Shown here piece after piece: positions 1 to 9,652 of a DNA stretch of 64,000 nt. The translations under genes and the position numbers were made by a program. Numbering within the stretch: position 1 is the stretch's first letter; the number at the start of each line of letters is the position of its first letter. The stretch is from Nautiliales bacterium (GTDB taxonomy: Bacteria; Campylobacterota; Campylobacteria; Campylobacterales; JAADDX01). Where the stretch lies: NCBI GenBank assembly GCA_030826765.1, contig JAUUDM010000028.1, positions 2,162 through 66,161 of the forward strand. The letters run 5' to 3'. The notes beneath the pieces are model-generated. The model had not been told where the DNA came from and made no database searches. It was given only the letters and a program-made list of their open reading frames with translations.

Positions 1-1
1 A

Positions 2-928
2 GGAAGACAAGCAGGAATAAAAACTGATTCAAATCATACAAAAGCAAGAATTTCTTCAATTGACCCAACTCCTATGCAAAATGAACTTCAAAAAGGTAAA
101 ATAATAGTAGTAGCTGGTTTTCAAGGTATTAACGAAAATGGAGATGTTACAACTCTTGGAAGAGGTGGGAGCGATTTAACAGCAGTAGCAATTGCTGGAG
201 CATTAAATGCTGATGTTTGTGAAATTTATACTGATGTTGATGGTATTTATACAACTGACCCAAGAATTGAACCAAAAGCTAAAAGACTTGACAGAATTAG
301 TTATGATGAAATGCTTGAACTTGCAAGTATGGGTGCAAAAGTTATGCAAAGTCGTTCAGTTGAACTTGCAAAAAAACTAAATGTAGATATTTTAGTAAAA
401 TCATCTTTCAAAGATGAAGATAATAATGGAACTTTAATTACGAGAGAGGAAAATGTTATGGAAAAAGTATTAGTAAGTGGAATTGCACTTGATAAAAATC
501 AAGTAAGAGTAACAGTATTTGGACTTGAAGATAAACCTGGAATTAATGCAGAATTATTTAATAAATTAGCTGATAAAAATATCAATGTAGATATGATTAT
601 CCAAAATGTTGGACACGATAACAAAGCAAATGTAACTTTTACAGTACCTGAGACTGAACTCGAACTTACAAAAGAAGTGATGAAAGATTTTGAAAATAGA
701 AGTGAAGAAATTAGTTATGATGAAAATATAGCAAAAGTTAGTATTGTTGGCGTTGGTATGAAATCTCATAGTGGGGTTGCTGCTACAGCATTTGATACTA
801 TGGCAAAAGAAAATATAAATATTCAAATGATTTCTACAAGTGAAATCAAAATTTCAATGGTAATTGATGAAAAATATGGTGAATTAGCAGTAAGAGCTCT
901 TCACGAAGCTTATGGATTGGATAAGTAA
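2..928 (+). CDS. lysC: aspartate kinase, C-terminal part (5' end lies outside the window)
   Basis: The frame is open from nt 2 with no stop before the first listed Met at 74. It has the GRGGSDLTAVAIAGAL kinase-core motif followed by two ACT-like regulatory repeats (VTVFGLEDKPG.., VSIVGVGMKSHSGVA..). Confidence 0.9.
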   Translation, partial: GRQAGIKTDSNHTKARISSIDPTPMQNELQKGKIIVVAGFQGINENGDVTTLGRGGSDLTAVAIAGALNADVCEIYTDVDGIYTTDPRIEPKAKRLDRISYDEMLELASMGAKVMQSRSVELAKKLNVDILVKSSFKDEDNNGTLITREENVMEKVLVSGIALDKNQVRVTVFGLEDKPGINAELFNKLADKNINVDMIIQNVGHDNKANVTFTVPETELELTKEVMKDFENRSEEISYDENIAKVSIVGVGMKSHSGVAATAFDTMAKENINIQMISTSEIKISMVIDEKYGELAVRALHEAYGLDK

Positions 929-1468
929 TTGAATTTACTTGAATGGACTAAAGAAACTATTAAAAGTGATAAAAGTTTTGATAGTTGGCTTGATGAAAGA
1001 GTTTTAGAATGGGTTCCTTTATGTGATGATTCTATTACAGAGCTTATAAAAGGAACTCCATTTTTAGTAATAACTGATAGACAAAGGGATTGGTTTAATC
1101 ATTATATTGTTAATAATATTAATAATATTTCGAACAACCGACCTTTTGTTCCAGTTTATTCTCTTACATCTTTTATTCCATATTCTCATAAAACTGATAA
1201 AATAGAATATCTTGATATGATAGAAGATATGCTTGATATTACATTCAATGGAAATTATAAATATTGGTATATTGGTAAAGAAGAGAGTAATATTTATAAT
1301 TTGGTAAAAAGAAAAGAAGATTCATTTGTTTGGATGATGGATAGTGAGATTAGAAATAGTTTTTATATCAAAAGTTATGATGATAAATTAGATAGTAAAC
1401 TTATGACTCTTTTTAAATTATTTAATAAAACAGTAACAGCAAGTATGTTTGGAGAGATTGAACTTTGA
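929..1468 (+). CDS. conserved hypothetical protein in the lysC-downstream slot
   Basis: A 179-aa ORF with a TTG start directly after the lysC stop, and a 4-nt overlap with the next gene. No motif was recognised. From memory, the same lysC-hyp-holB-folP slot is occupied in Campylobacter and Helicobacter. Confidence 0.45.
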   Translation: MNLLEWTKETIKSDKSFDSWLDERVLEWVPLCDDSITELIKGTPFLVITDRQRDWFNHYIVNNINNISNNRPFVPVYSLTSFIPYSHKTDKIEYLDMIEDMLDITFNGNYKYWYIGKEESNIYNLVKRKEDSFVWMMDSEIRNSFYIKSYDDKLDSKLMTLFKLFNKTVTASMFGEIEL

Positions 1469-2055
1469 ACATAATTTATATATCTAATGATATTGAAAAA
1501 GCAAAAGAAGAAATAATTTCTAAATATGAAAACATTTATATTTTTGAAGACATTGATTTAAAACTTGAGCTTGTTAAATCAATAAAAGAAGAAGCTTATC
1601 AAACTACTGAAAAAGATAAATATATTTTAATTAAAGCTGTTAATTTTAGAATTGAATCTCAAAATGCTTTACTTAAAATATTAGAAGAAACACCTGATAA
1701 AGTTAATTTTATAATCTTAACAACTTCAAAATATGCTTTACTTGATACTATAAAAAGTAGAATGAGCATAAAAACTATAAATTATGATTTACCAAAAATA
1801 GAATTTAATTTAAATATAAATAGACTTACTACAAAAGATATATATAAAACTTTAAAAAAACCACTTGATAAACAAGAACTTAAAAGTTTTATATATGAAG
1901 TTTTTAAAAATATTAAAAATCCAAATAAAGAATTATTAGAAAATTTTGAATTAGCTATAAAATTAGTTGATTTAAATACAGATAGACAAGCAATTATTTC
2001 ACTTTTATTACTTTCAATAAGGAATTTAAATGCAAATTTACAAACTTTCAAATGA
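1465..2055 (+). CDS. holB: DNA polymerase III delta-prime subunit-like protein
   Basis: The block NALLKILEETPDKVNFIILTTSKYALLDTIKSR matches the clamp-loader delta-prime signature (NALLKTLEEPP...SR). It is short (196 aa), as in epsilonproteobacterial homologues. Confidence 0.6.
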   Translation: MNIIYISNDIEKAKEEIISKYENIYIFEDIDLKLELVKSIKEEAYQTTEKDKYILIKAVNFRIESQNALLKILEETPDKVNFIILTTSKYALLDTIKSRMSIKTINYDLPKIEFNLNINRLTTKDIYKTLKKPLDKQELKSFIYEVFKNIKNPNKELLENFELAIKLVDLNTDRQAIISLLLLSIRNLNANLQTFK

Positions 2056-3175
2056 GATAGATATTGTTGAATCTATGAAAAAACTAAATGTTGATTCTGG
2101 TGGAATTAATATTATGAAAAAAAAATCAAAGCTTCACTTTTTTTATCTAAAAAATATCTATTGTGGTGCAAGTAATATCCTAAAACAAGATGCTCTAAGT
2201 ATAGGTGCGGAATTAATTGTACCTCATGGAGGAGTTGATTGTTCTATTCAATATCACGATGCTATTTTGATATGCAATACAAAGCAATTAGAAATTTTAT
2301 CAAATAAAGAAAAAGCCCAACCATTTAAACTAAAATTATTAGCAAAAATTTTATCTGAATTTAAAAAAGAAAAAAAGTTTCCTTTAAAACTTATGGGTGT
2401 AATTAATGCTAATGATGATAGCTTTTTTAGCGGAAGTAGATTTCAAGGAAATTCAGCAGTTGATAAAATAGAAAAAATGATAGAAGAGGGTGCTGATATA
2501 ATTGATATTGGTGGAGTATCTTCTCGTCCAGGTAGTATTTACCCGGGAATCGAAGAAGAACTAAAAAGAGTAACACCAATTATAGAAGAAATTTATAAAA
2601 GAAATTTATATCAAAAAGTAATTTTTTCAATAGATAGTTTTGAGCCAAAAGTAATCGATTTTGCACTAAATCACGGATTTAAAATAGCAAATGACATAAC
2701 AGGGCTTGCAAACGAAGAAGTTGCTAATGTAGTAGGGCAGTATAATGCTCAAATTTGTATTATGCATATGAAAGGAATTCCTGAAAGTATGCAAAACAAT
2801 CCATATTATGAAAATGTAATTTTAGAAGTAGATGAATATTTTCAAAAAAGAATAGAAATTGCTTTAAAATATAATGTAGAAGATATTATTTTAGATATTG
2901 GAATAGGTTTTGGTAAAAGATTAGAAGATAATCTAAACCTTATTAAACATTTAGAACATTTTAAACGATTTGGATATGAACTTTTGGTGGGTGCAAGTAG
3001 AAAAAGTATGATAGATAAAATTATTCCTACACCTGTAGAAAAAAGACTTCCTGGTACTTTAGCTCTTCATTTAGAAGCCATTAGAAATGGAGCTACTATT
3101 ATAAGAGCACACGATGTAGCAGAACATAAACAAGCTTTTGAAATTTATAAAGCTTTAGAAAAAACAAATATATAA
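2030..3175 (+). CDS. folP: dihydropteroate synthase with a ~120-aa N-terminal extension
   Basis: The pterin-binding domain starts near aa 120 (LMGVINANDDSFFSG, GADIIDIGGVSSRPG, MHMKG, GIGFGK, SRKS). The start codon is uncertain because the ORF overlaps the holB end by 26 nt. Confidence 0.85.
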   Translation: MQIYKLSNEIDIVESMKKLNVDSGGINIMKKKSKLHFFYLKNIYCGASNILKQDALSIGAELIVPHGGVDCSIQYHDAILICNTKQLEILSNKEKAQPFKLKLLAKILSEFKKEKKFPLKLMGVINANDDSFFSGSRFQGNSAVDKIEKMIEEGADIIDIGGVSSRPGSIYPGIEEELKRVTPIIEEIYKRNLYQKVIFSIDSFEPKVIDFALNHGFKIANDITGLANEEVANVVGQYNAQICIMHMKGIPESMQNNPYYENVILEVDEYFQKRIEIALKYNVEDIILDIGIGFGKRLEDNLNLIKHLEHFKRFGYELLVGASRKSMIDKIIPTPVEKRLPGTLALHLEAIRNGATIIRAHDVAEHKQAFEIYKALEKTNI

Positions 3176-3184
3176 AGGAAAAAA

Positions 3185-3631
3185 ATGTTAAAAGAAAAAT
3201 ATATAGAATTTAAAAGTGCATTAGCAAATCAAGATATACAAAAAGCAGAACAAAGCTTTAAAGAAGGATTCAATAAAGCAATTGAAATTTTTAATCAAAA
3301 AATTGCAAATCAAGAAAGTATGGTAATGGCAGACGAAGAGGATTTATATGCAACTCTATTTTTATTTGATAATATGCTAGGACTTTGGTCTGAAAATATG
3401 ATAGAAGAGGCTATTCAAGTAGCTCAAGATATGTCTGTTTTAACAGATAATCCACAAATTAAAGAGATGTTTTTACTTTTTTCTTATGGAATGAGCGAAG
3501 AAGGAATGGATGTAAATAGTTTTATAAATAAATATGTAGATTTAGCAAAAGTAGATGAAGAATTTCCTATGTTTTTAGTGAACTTCAAAGATGAAGTTGA
3601 AGAATTAATTCCAGAAGATTTAAAGAAATAA
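3185..3631 (+). CDS. hypothetical acidic protein
   Basis: A 148-aa ORF with an upstream AAGGAAAAAAA RBS-like purine run. It is predicted helical and acidic, and no motif was recognised. Confidence 0.45.
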   Translation: MLKEKYIEFKSALANQDIQKAEQSFKEGFNKAIEIFNQKIANQESMVMADEEDLYATLFLFDNMLGLWSENMIEEAIQVAQDMSVLTDNPQIKEMFLLFSYGMSEEGMDVNSFINKYVDLAKVDEEFPMFLVNFKDEVEELIPEDLKK

Positions 3632-3635
3632 AATT

Positions 3636-4703
3636 ATGTTAAATAATATTTATAAACACTCACCAATAAAATCCCCATTATTCAATAAAAATAGTGAAAA
3701 CTTCGTAGTAGAAGAAAAACCACTATATGAATTTACAAATAATGGAGAATGGTTAATTCTAAAAATTAGAAAAAAAGATTTAACTACTTACGATTTAATA
3801 AAGATTTTCTCAGAACGAACTGGAGCTAAATCACGCGATATTGGTTATGCAGGTCTTAAAGATAAATATGGAATGACAATTCAATATATTTCAATTCCAA
3901 AAAGATTTATAAAAGAAATAGACAAAATAAGACATCCAAAAATTAAAATTTTAGAAAAACATATTCATAAAAATAAATTACAAATAGGGCATTTAAAAGG
4001 AAATAGATTTTTTATAAGATTAAAAAAAGTAAATCCAACTGATGCAAAAAAACTAAATAAGATTTTAAAATCTTTTAAAAAATATGGAATTCCTAATTAT
4101 TTTGGTTTTCAAAGATTTGGAAAAAATAATTCAGCAAAGCAGGGTAAAGATTTAATAGAAGGAAATTTAGTAATAAAAAATAAAAAAATAGCTAAACTTC
4201 TTGTTAATGCTTATCAAAGTGAGCTTTTTAATGAATGGTTATCAGAAAGAATTAATTTATCTAAAATTTTTGAAGAATTTACAGAACAAGAATTGTCTAA
4301 AGAATTTCCAAAAGAAGTAATTGAATTTGTCAAAAAACAAAACCATCCTTTTAAACTTCTACAAGGGGATCTGATGAAACATTATCCTCACGGAAGAGAT
4401 TTTGAATTAGATCCAGCTGAAATAGAAAGATTTGAGAAAAAAGATATATCTGTTACAGGATTATTAAATGGTAAAAAAGTAAAAAGAGCTACTAAATATG
4501 CGGGAATTATAGAAGATAAATATGCTCATCTTATCCCTGGGAGAGATGGAGATAGAAGATATGCTTGGATTTTCCCTGAAGATATAGAAGGTAACTATAA
4601 TGAAAAAGAGTGGCAATATAATTTAAACTTTTTTTTACCAAAAGGAAGTTATGCAACTGTTTTTCTTGAACTTCTTTTAAATAGAGATGTAGGAGAAATG
4701 TAA
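3636..4703 (+). CDS. truD: tRNA pseudouridine(13) synthase TruD
   Basis: It has GYAGLKDKYGMT (the catalytic Asp of the GxKD motif) and NYFGFQRFG, both typical of TruD. Confidence 0.85.
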   Translation: MLNNIYKHSPIKSPLFNKNSENFVVEEKPLYEFTNNGEWLILKIRKKDLTTYDLIKIFSERTGAKSRDIGYAGLKDKYGMTIQYISIPKRFIKEIDKIRHPKIKILEKHIHKNKLQIGHLKGNRFFIRLKKVNPTDAKKLNKILKSFKKYGIPNYFGFQRFGKNNSAKQGKDLIEGNLVIKNKKIAKLLVNAYQSELFNEWLSERINLSKIFEEFTEQELSKEFPKEVIEFVKKQNHPFKLLQGDLMKHYPHGRDFELDPAEIERFEKKDISVTGLLNGKKVKRATKYAGIIEDKYAHLIPGRDGDRRYAWIFPEDIEGNYNEKEWQYNLNFFLPKGSYATVFLELLLNRDVGEM

Positions 4704-5602
4704 TGCAAAAAAAATTACCAAGAATTGCAACAATTGCTTCAAGCAGTGTAGCTTTTTTCTTAGCTATTACAAAAGTTATTATTGGATTTATGACTGGAAG
4801 TGTAGCTGTAATTGCAAGTGCGGTTGATTCTATTTTAGATATGTTTGTAAGTATTTTTAATATGATAGCTGTTCGTTTAAGTGAAAGCAGGGCAGATGAA
4901 AAGTTTAATTATGGTAAAGGTAAAATAGAAGGGATGGCAGCCCTTTTTGAAGGACTTTTAATTATTTCAAGTGCTGGATTTATCATATATACTGCAATTG
5001 ATAAATTTTTACATCATTCAGTAATTACTAAAATTAATTTAGCCTTTTATATTATGATTTTATCTGTAACAGCTACATTCTTTTTAGTTCTGTTTTTAAA
5101 CTATGTAGCTAAAAAAACTAACTCTTTGGTTATCAAATCAGATGCCTTGCATTATAAAACAGATTTAGTCTCAAATATAGCAATTATTGTAGTTTTAATA
5201 GCTGTTAAATTAACTGGTTATTATCAAATTGACTTTATAGTATCAATATTTATAGCTTTGTATATTTTCAAAGAAGCATTAGAACTTGTAAAAGAGGGGT
5301 TTTTAAATTTACTTGATATTAGTTTAGATTTTCAAACAGTTGAAAAAATCAAAGATATTATAAAAAAACAGCCATTAGTTTTAGATTATCATTGTTTAAG
5401 AACTCGTCAAGCAGGAAATAGAAATTTTGTAGATGTTCATTTAGTTATGACACCTGATATGAAACTAAAAATGGCTCATGCTATAATTGAACAAGTTGAA
5501 GAAAAAATAAGGAATATTGATAATAATAGAATTTGGGTTATAAACATCCATGCTGACCCTTATGACGATTCATCTATCAATAAGATGCAAGAAGAGTGTT
5601 AA
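4703..5602 (+). CDS. cation diffusion facilitator (CDF) family metal efflux transporter
   Basis: The start overlaps the truD stop as TAATG. It has six predicted TM helices with DSILD and HYKTDL metal-site motifs, plus a C-terminal cytoplasmic domain (VDVHLVM..). Confidence 0.8.
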   Translation: MQKKLPRIATIASSSVAFFLAITKVIIGFMTGSVAVIASAVDSILDMFVSIFNMIAVRLSESRADEKFNYGKGKIEGMAALFEGLLIISSAGFIIYTAIDKFLHHSVITKINLAFYIMILSVTATFFLVLFLNYVAKKTNSLVIKSDALHYKTDLVSNIAIIVVLIAVKLTGYYQIDFIVSIFIALYIFKEALELVKEGFLNLLDISLDFQTVEKIKDIIKKQPLVLDYHCLRTRQAGNRNFVDVHLVMTPDMKLKMAHAIIEQVEEKIRNIDNNRIWVINIHADPYDDSSINKMQEEC

Positions 5603-5711
5603 TAAAAATATATAAATTATAAAGAATATACATTATGTTAAGTAATGTATCATATAAACTAATAAACTAAAAATATAGTATAATTATCCAAAAATAAACA
5701 AGGACTATCGA

Positions 5712-6080
5712 ATGAAAAAAAATTTATTAATTGCTACTATATCTTTATCAAGTGCAGTTTTATTTAGTGGATGTGCTACTGTAATGAGTGGTGAAACTCA
5801 AAAAGTTAATATCACAAGTTGTTATCCTGCAAATCAAAAAGTTATAATTGGTAATTCTAAAATTATTACAACGCCGACAATCATAAGTCTTAAAAGAGGT
5901 AATAAAAATATTATAATTAAAAGTCAAGATTCAGATGCACAAAGATTATTATCACCAAAAGTAAACCCTGTATTTTGGGTTAATACCTTTAGTATGGGTT
6001 CTACTGGATCTACAACAGATTATGCATCAGGTGCTATGTGGAAATACGATGATAATGTAAATTTAAATTGTCAAAAATAA
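5712..6080 (+). CDS. small lipoprotein, function unknown
   Basis: It has a signal peptide ending in the lipobox LFSG-C (MKKNLLIATISLSSAVLFSGC) and a glycine/serine/threonine-rich C-terminal stretch (MGSTGSTTDYASGAMW). Confidence 0.6.
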   Translation: MKKNLLIATISLSSAVLFSGCATVMSGETQKVNITSCYPANQKVIIGNSKIITTPTIISLKRGNKNIIIKSQDSDAQRLLSPKVNPVFWVNTFSMGSTGSTTDYASGAMWKYDDNVNLNCQK

Positions 6081-6085
6081 TTTAA

Positions 6086-7888
6086 ATGAAAGTTATAACT
6101 AAATATTTTCTATTAATATTAGTTATAACTTCTCCCCTATTCTCTAATCAATCTACTATTATAAATTTAGCTAATAATTCAAAACTTTATAATTCTAATA
6201 AATGGAAAGCGCTTCTTCATTATGATGATAAACTATATATTAAAGATAAAAGATTTATTTTAAGTAAAAATTTTTCTCTTAAAAATGAATTAGATGCAAC
6301 AATTAAAAGTTTTTATGCTCCAAAAGAAAATTATTTAAATATAAATAATCATCCACAATGTAAATTTCCAGCAAGATTTTTATTTATAACACATGAATTA
6401 AATATTTCTAAAGATGAATTTCCTAAAATAAACTGCCCTGATTTCAATATTTACAATCTAAAAGCACCAGCTGATAAAATTTCTTTGGTTTACGCATCAG
6501 AAAATGTAAAAAATCCGACAAGTATGATGGGACATACATTTCTTCAATTTAGTGGAATAAACTATCAAAATAGAAAGGTTAATCACGCAATTACTTTTTA
6601 TACGGTTATTCAAAGTCAAAATCCTTTAATACTTCTTTATCAAAATATATTTTCTGGGATGAAAGGTATGTTTGCTTTACAACCTTATAGAAATATACTC
6701 AAGCAATATACACAACTAGAAAATCGTAATGTTTGGGAATATCAATTAAAAATTCATAATTATCAAAGAAAATTAATTTATTATCATATTTGGGAATTAA
6801 AAGATATAAAAATGAAATATTATTTTACAAATTACAATTGTTCTACTGTAATTTATTATTTTTTAACACTTGCTAATCCTAAAATATATGATGATAGAAA
6901 ATTATGGATTACTCCTCTTAATACAGTAAAATATTTATATAAATATAATCTCTTTCAAAAAGCTACTTTAATTCCAAGTGATGAATGGCTGGTAAAAATG
7001 ATTGAAGAAAATAGTAATCAAAACAGTATAAATAAAGTTAAAGAAATAGTAAATAATAAAAAATATGAAGATATAAATAATTTAAATTTTTATTCATTAA
7101 AACTATTATCTGCTTATACTAATTTACTTTATAATAATAAAAAAATTGATAAAATAATAAAAAATAAGATAGAAAAAAAAGTTAATACAAAATTAAAAAA
7201 AAGTGATAAAATTTTTGATATTTCTCATTATAAATCTCTAAATAAAATACCACCTGAAAGACAATTTGAATTGGGTTATGCAAGAATAAATAATAACAAC
7301 TATATAAAATTATCATTTTTACCAGCTTCACATTTACTTAATGATAATAATAGAGAATATTTTGGAGAAAGTGAGCTAAAAATAGGATATTTATCTATTT
7401 TAGCGAACGATTCAAATATAGAATTAAACGATTTTACTCTGTATGGTATGAAATCTTATATTCCCTATGATACTTTAACAAATGATTTATCTTATCAATT
7501 TGAATTAGCTCTAAAAAAAGATTATACAAAATCTTTTGATTATAAAAACAGTCTTAAAATTGATGGAGGAATGGGAATTGATTTGTTAATTGCAAAAGAT
7601 ATAAATCTATTTTTTATGCTAAATGCTGGAATTGGATACAATACCAAAGACCAAATTCATCTATTTTTCAATCCGGAAATTGGTGGAATGATATATGAAA
7701 TTTTTAATATGAAAACTTTTATATCCTATCAAGCATTATTTATAGGAACTACTAAAATTTATAATAAATATACTCTAAAACATAATATATTTCTGAATCA
7801 AAATTGGACTTTTTCAGCTAATATTGAAAAAATCAAAGGAAAAAAAGATTATACTAATTATGAATTTTCTTTAAAATATTTGTTTTAA
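6086..7888 (+). CDS. secreted DUF4105-like protein with a probable C-terminal beta-barrel
   Basis: It has an N-terminal signal peptide. The WKALLHY, MMGHTFLQF and NYNCSTV motifs resemble the DUF4105 (Lnb N-terminal periplasmic) family as I recall it. The last ~200 aa alternate hydrophobic and polar residues and end in YLF, which looks like an OMP C-terminal signature. Confidence 0.5.
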   Translation: MKVITKYFLLILVITSPLFSNQSTIINLANNSKLYNSNKWKALLHYDDKLYIKDKRFILSKNFSLKNELDATIKSFYAPKENYLNINNHPQCKFPARFLFITHELNISKDEFPKINCPDFNIYNLKAPADKISLVYASENVKNPTSMMGHTFLQFSGINYQNRKVNHAITFYTVIQSQNPLILLYQNIFSGMKGMFALQPYRNILKQYTQLENRNVWEYQLKIHNYQRKLIYYHIWELKDIKMKYYFTNYNCSTVIYYFLTLANPKIYDDRKLWITPLNTVKYLYKYNLFQKATLIPSDEWLVKMIEENSNQNSINKVKEIVNNKKYEDINNLNFYSLKLLSAYTNLLYNNKKIDKIIKNKIEKKVNTKLKKSDKIFDISHYKSLNKIPPERQFELGYARINNNNYIKLSFLPASHLLNDNNREYFGESELKIGYLSILANDSNIELNDFTLYGMKSYIPYDTLTNDLSYQFELALKKDYTKSFDYKNSLKIDGGMGIDLLIAKDINLFFMLNAGIGYNTKDQIHLFFNPEIGGMIYEIFNMKTFISYQALFIGTTKIYNKYTLKHNIFLNQNWTFSANIEKIKGKKDYTNYEFSLKYLF

Positions 7889-7925
7889 TTAAAAAATATG
7901 CTATATTATATAAAAAAGGATTTAA

Positions 7926-8237
7926 ATGATAATAGCAATTACGACAAATGATGATAAAAATGTAGGAGCATTTAGCTCAGGTAAAATTTTATTAATTGAT
8001 ACAGATAAAAATACTCAAACAGAAGAAAGATATATGAATGCTGTAAAATATGCAGATATTTTAGTAACTTCTCATCTTGATGGATTTGATGCGGAAAACA
8101 TCACAAAAAGTGGAGTTCATCCTGTTAAATTTAGTGGAACGATCGAAGAGGCAATCCAAACTTTCAAAGATTGTGGACTTACAAGAACTATGCCAATTGG
8201 AGAAAGTGAAGGATGCGGTGGAACTTGTGGAGTTTAA
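7926..8237 (+). CDS. small hypothetical protein, possibly NifX/NifB-C-like fold, with a Cys-rich tail
   Basis: A 103-aa ORF. The MIIAITTND..LLID.. start and the ADILVTS...GVHPV..GTIEEAI pattern are weakly reminiscent of dinitrogenase FeMo-cofactor-binding-domain proteins. The C-terminus is EGCGGTCGV. Confidence 0.35.
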   Translation: MIIAITTNDDKNVGAFSSGKILLIDTDKNTQTEERYMNAVKYADILVTSHLDGFDAENITKSGVHPVKFSGTIEEAIQTFKDCGLTRTMPIGESEGCGGTCGV

Positions 8238-8242
8238 ACTCA

Positions 8243-9652
8243 TTATATAAAAGTAGGAGCATCGTTACTAAAAAGTATCAAGTCCCCTGCTTTTGTATTT
8301 TCTGCCAATATTTTTTCAAGTTTAGATTTATCAGCTAAATAAATTTTATTTGGTTTTTGAATATTTTCGCATAATACATGACGATTTAAACTTCCTGTAA
8401 CGATTACAATATCAAAAGTATCATCTATAGCTTTTGCTAATTTTGTATTAAGTTCGTCATTTGCTTCTACAAGCCCTGGTGTAATTATCACTTTTCTACC
8501 ATTATACTGTTTTGCTAAATTTACCCCTTCGAGCATCCCTTCTATATTTCCATTGAAACTATCATCTATTATTACTTTTCCCCCTACTTCAATTTTTTGA
8601 AGTCTATGAGGAATTGGCTCAATTTTGGCTACTTTTCTAATCAAATAATCAGTTTCAATATTTAACTCTTTTGCCATATAAAAAGCAAGAGAAATATTAA
8701 TTGCATTAAAACTTCCTAAAATTGGTGCTGTTAAATGTAAAGTTTGATCTTTATATTCCAAATCCCACTCTATTCCATTTAGAGTTGCTTTTATATTTTT
8801 TATTTTATCTTTTATTTCTATACATTTATCTTCATTTACTTCATAAGTAATAGCTTTTTTTAGTTTTGGTGAAAGTAAAATCTCTTTTTTTGTATTTATA
8901 ATATTTTCAATACTTTTAAAATATTCAATATGTTGTGGTCCTATTTTTCCAATAATAGCATATTCATTCTCTACAAATTCTGCTATTTCTTTTATATCAC
9001 CTTTTTCTCTCGCCCCTGCTTCTACAATATAAACATCACAAACTGGCAAACTTGTATTTATATCTTGAACTATTCCTTTTAAAGTATTTACACTTCTTGG
9101 AGTTTTGTAAGTATTAAATTTTTCTTGAATTAATTGATAAAGAAAATTTTTTATACTTGTTTTTCCATAACTTGCTGTAATTGCTATAATTTTTGGATTT
9201 ATTTGATTTAATCTGTTCTTAGCTTCTTTTTTATATCCATTAAATAAAATCCACTCAATTATTTCACTACCAATAACAGCTAAAACAAGTGGTAAAAATA
9301 TTCCATGTGGTGTTTTGAAATAGTAATCAAAAGCATAACTTAACAGTGTAAGAGAAATTAATAAAACAAAAAATCTTTTGATTCTTGCAGTAAAAACTAA
9401 TTTTTTATCAAGTTTTTTATTCCATATGAAAAGTGCTGGTAAATATCCAAAAACCAAATATATCCAAAAAAATTTTCCTGCTAAATAATAAGTAGCAACT
9501 GGTAAAACAAAATACAAAATATGCCATTGCCATTTGCTAAACTTAAAAATAACTCGATTTAATTTATAACTATACCACTGTAATACAGTTGCCGAGTAAT
9601 ATCCTACTGCCAAAATCGTAATAAAATTGATTAAATAATTTATATAAGTCAT
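8243..9652 (-). CDS. murF: UDP-N-acetylmuramoyl-tripeptide--D-alanyl-D-alanine ligase with a hydrophobic N-terminal domain
   Basis: It has the Mur-ligase P-loop ITASYGKTSIKNF, VEAGAREKGDI and a C-terminal DDSFNGN motif. The first ~130 aa form about four hydrophobic helices. It lies in the same cluster as ddl. Confidence 0.8.
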   Translation of the reverse strand: MTYINYLINFITILAVGYYSATVLQWYSYKLNRVIFKFSKWQWHILYFVLPVATYYLAGKFFWIYLVFGYLPALFIWNKKLDKKLVFTARIKRFFVLLISLTLLSYAFDYYFKTPHGIFLPLVLAVIGSEIIEWILFNGYKKEAKNRLNQINPKIIAITASYGKTSIKNFLYQLIQEKFNTYKTPRSVNTLKGIVQDINTSLPVCDVYIVEAGAREKGDIKEIAEFVENEYAIIGKIGPQHIEYFKSIENIINTKKEILLSPKLKKAITYEVNEDKCIEIKDKIKNIKATLNGIEWDLEYKDQTLHLTAPILGSFNAINISLAFYMAKELNIETDYLIRKVAKIEPIPHRLQKIEVGGKVIIDDSFNGNIEGMLEGVNLAKQYNGRKVIITPGLVEANDELNTKLAKAIDDTFDIVIVTGSLNRHVLCENIQKPNKIYLADKSKLEKILAENTKAGDLILFSNDAPTFI

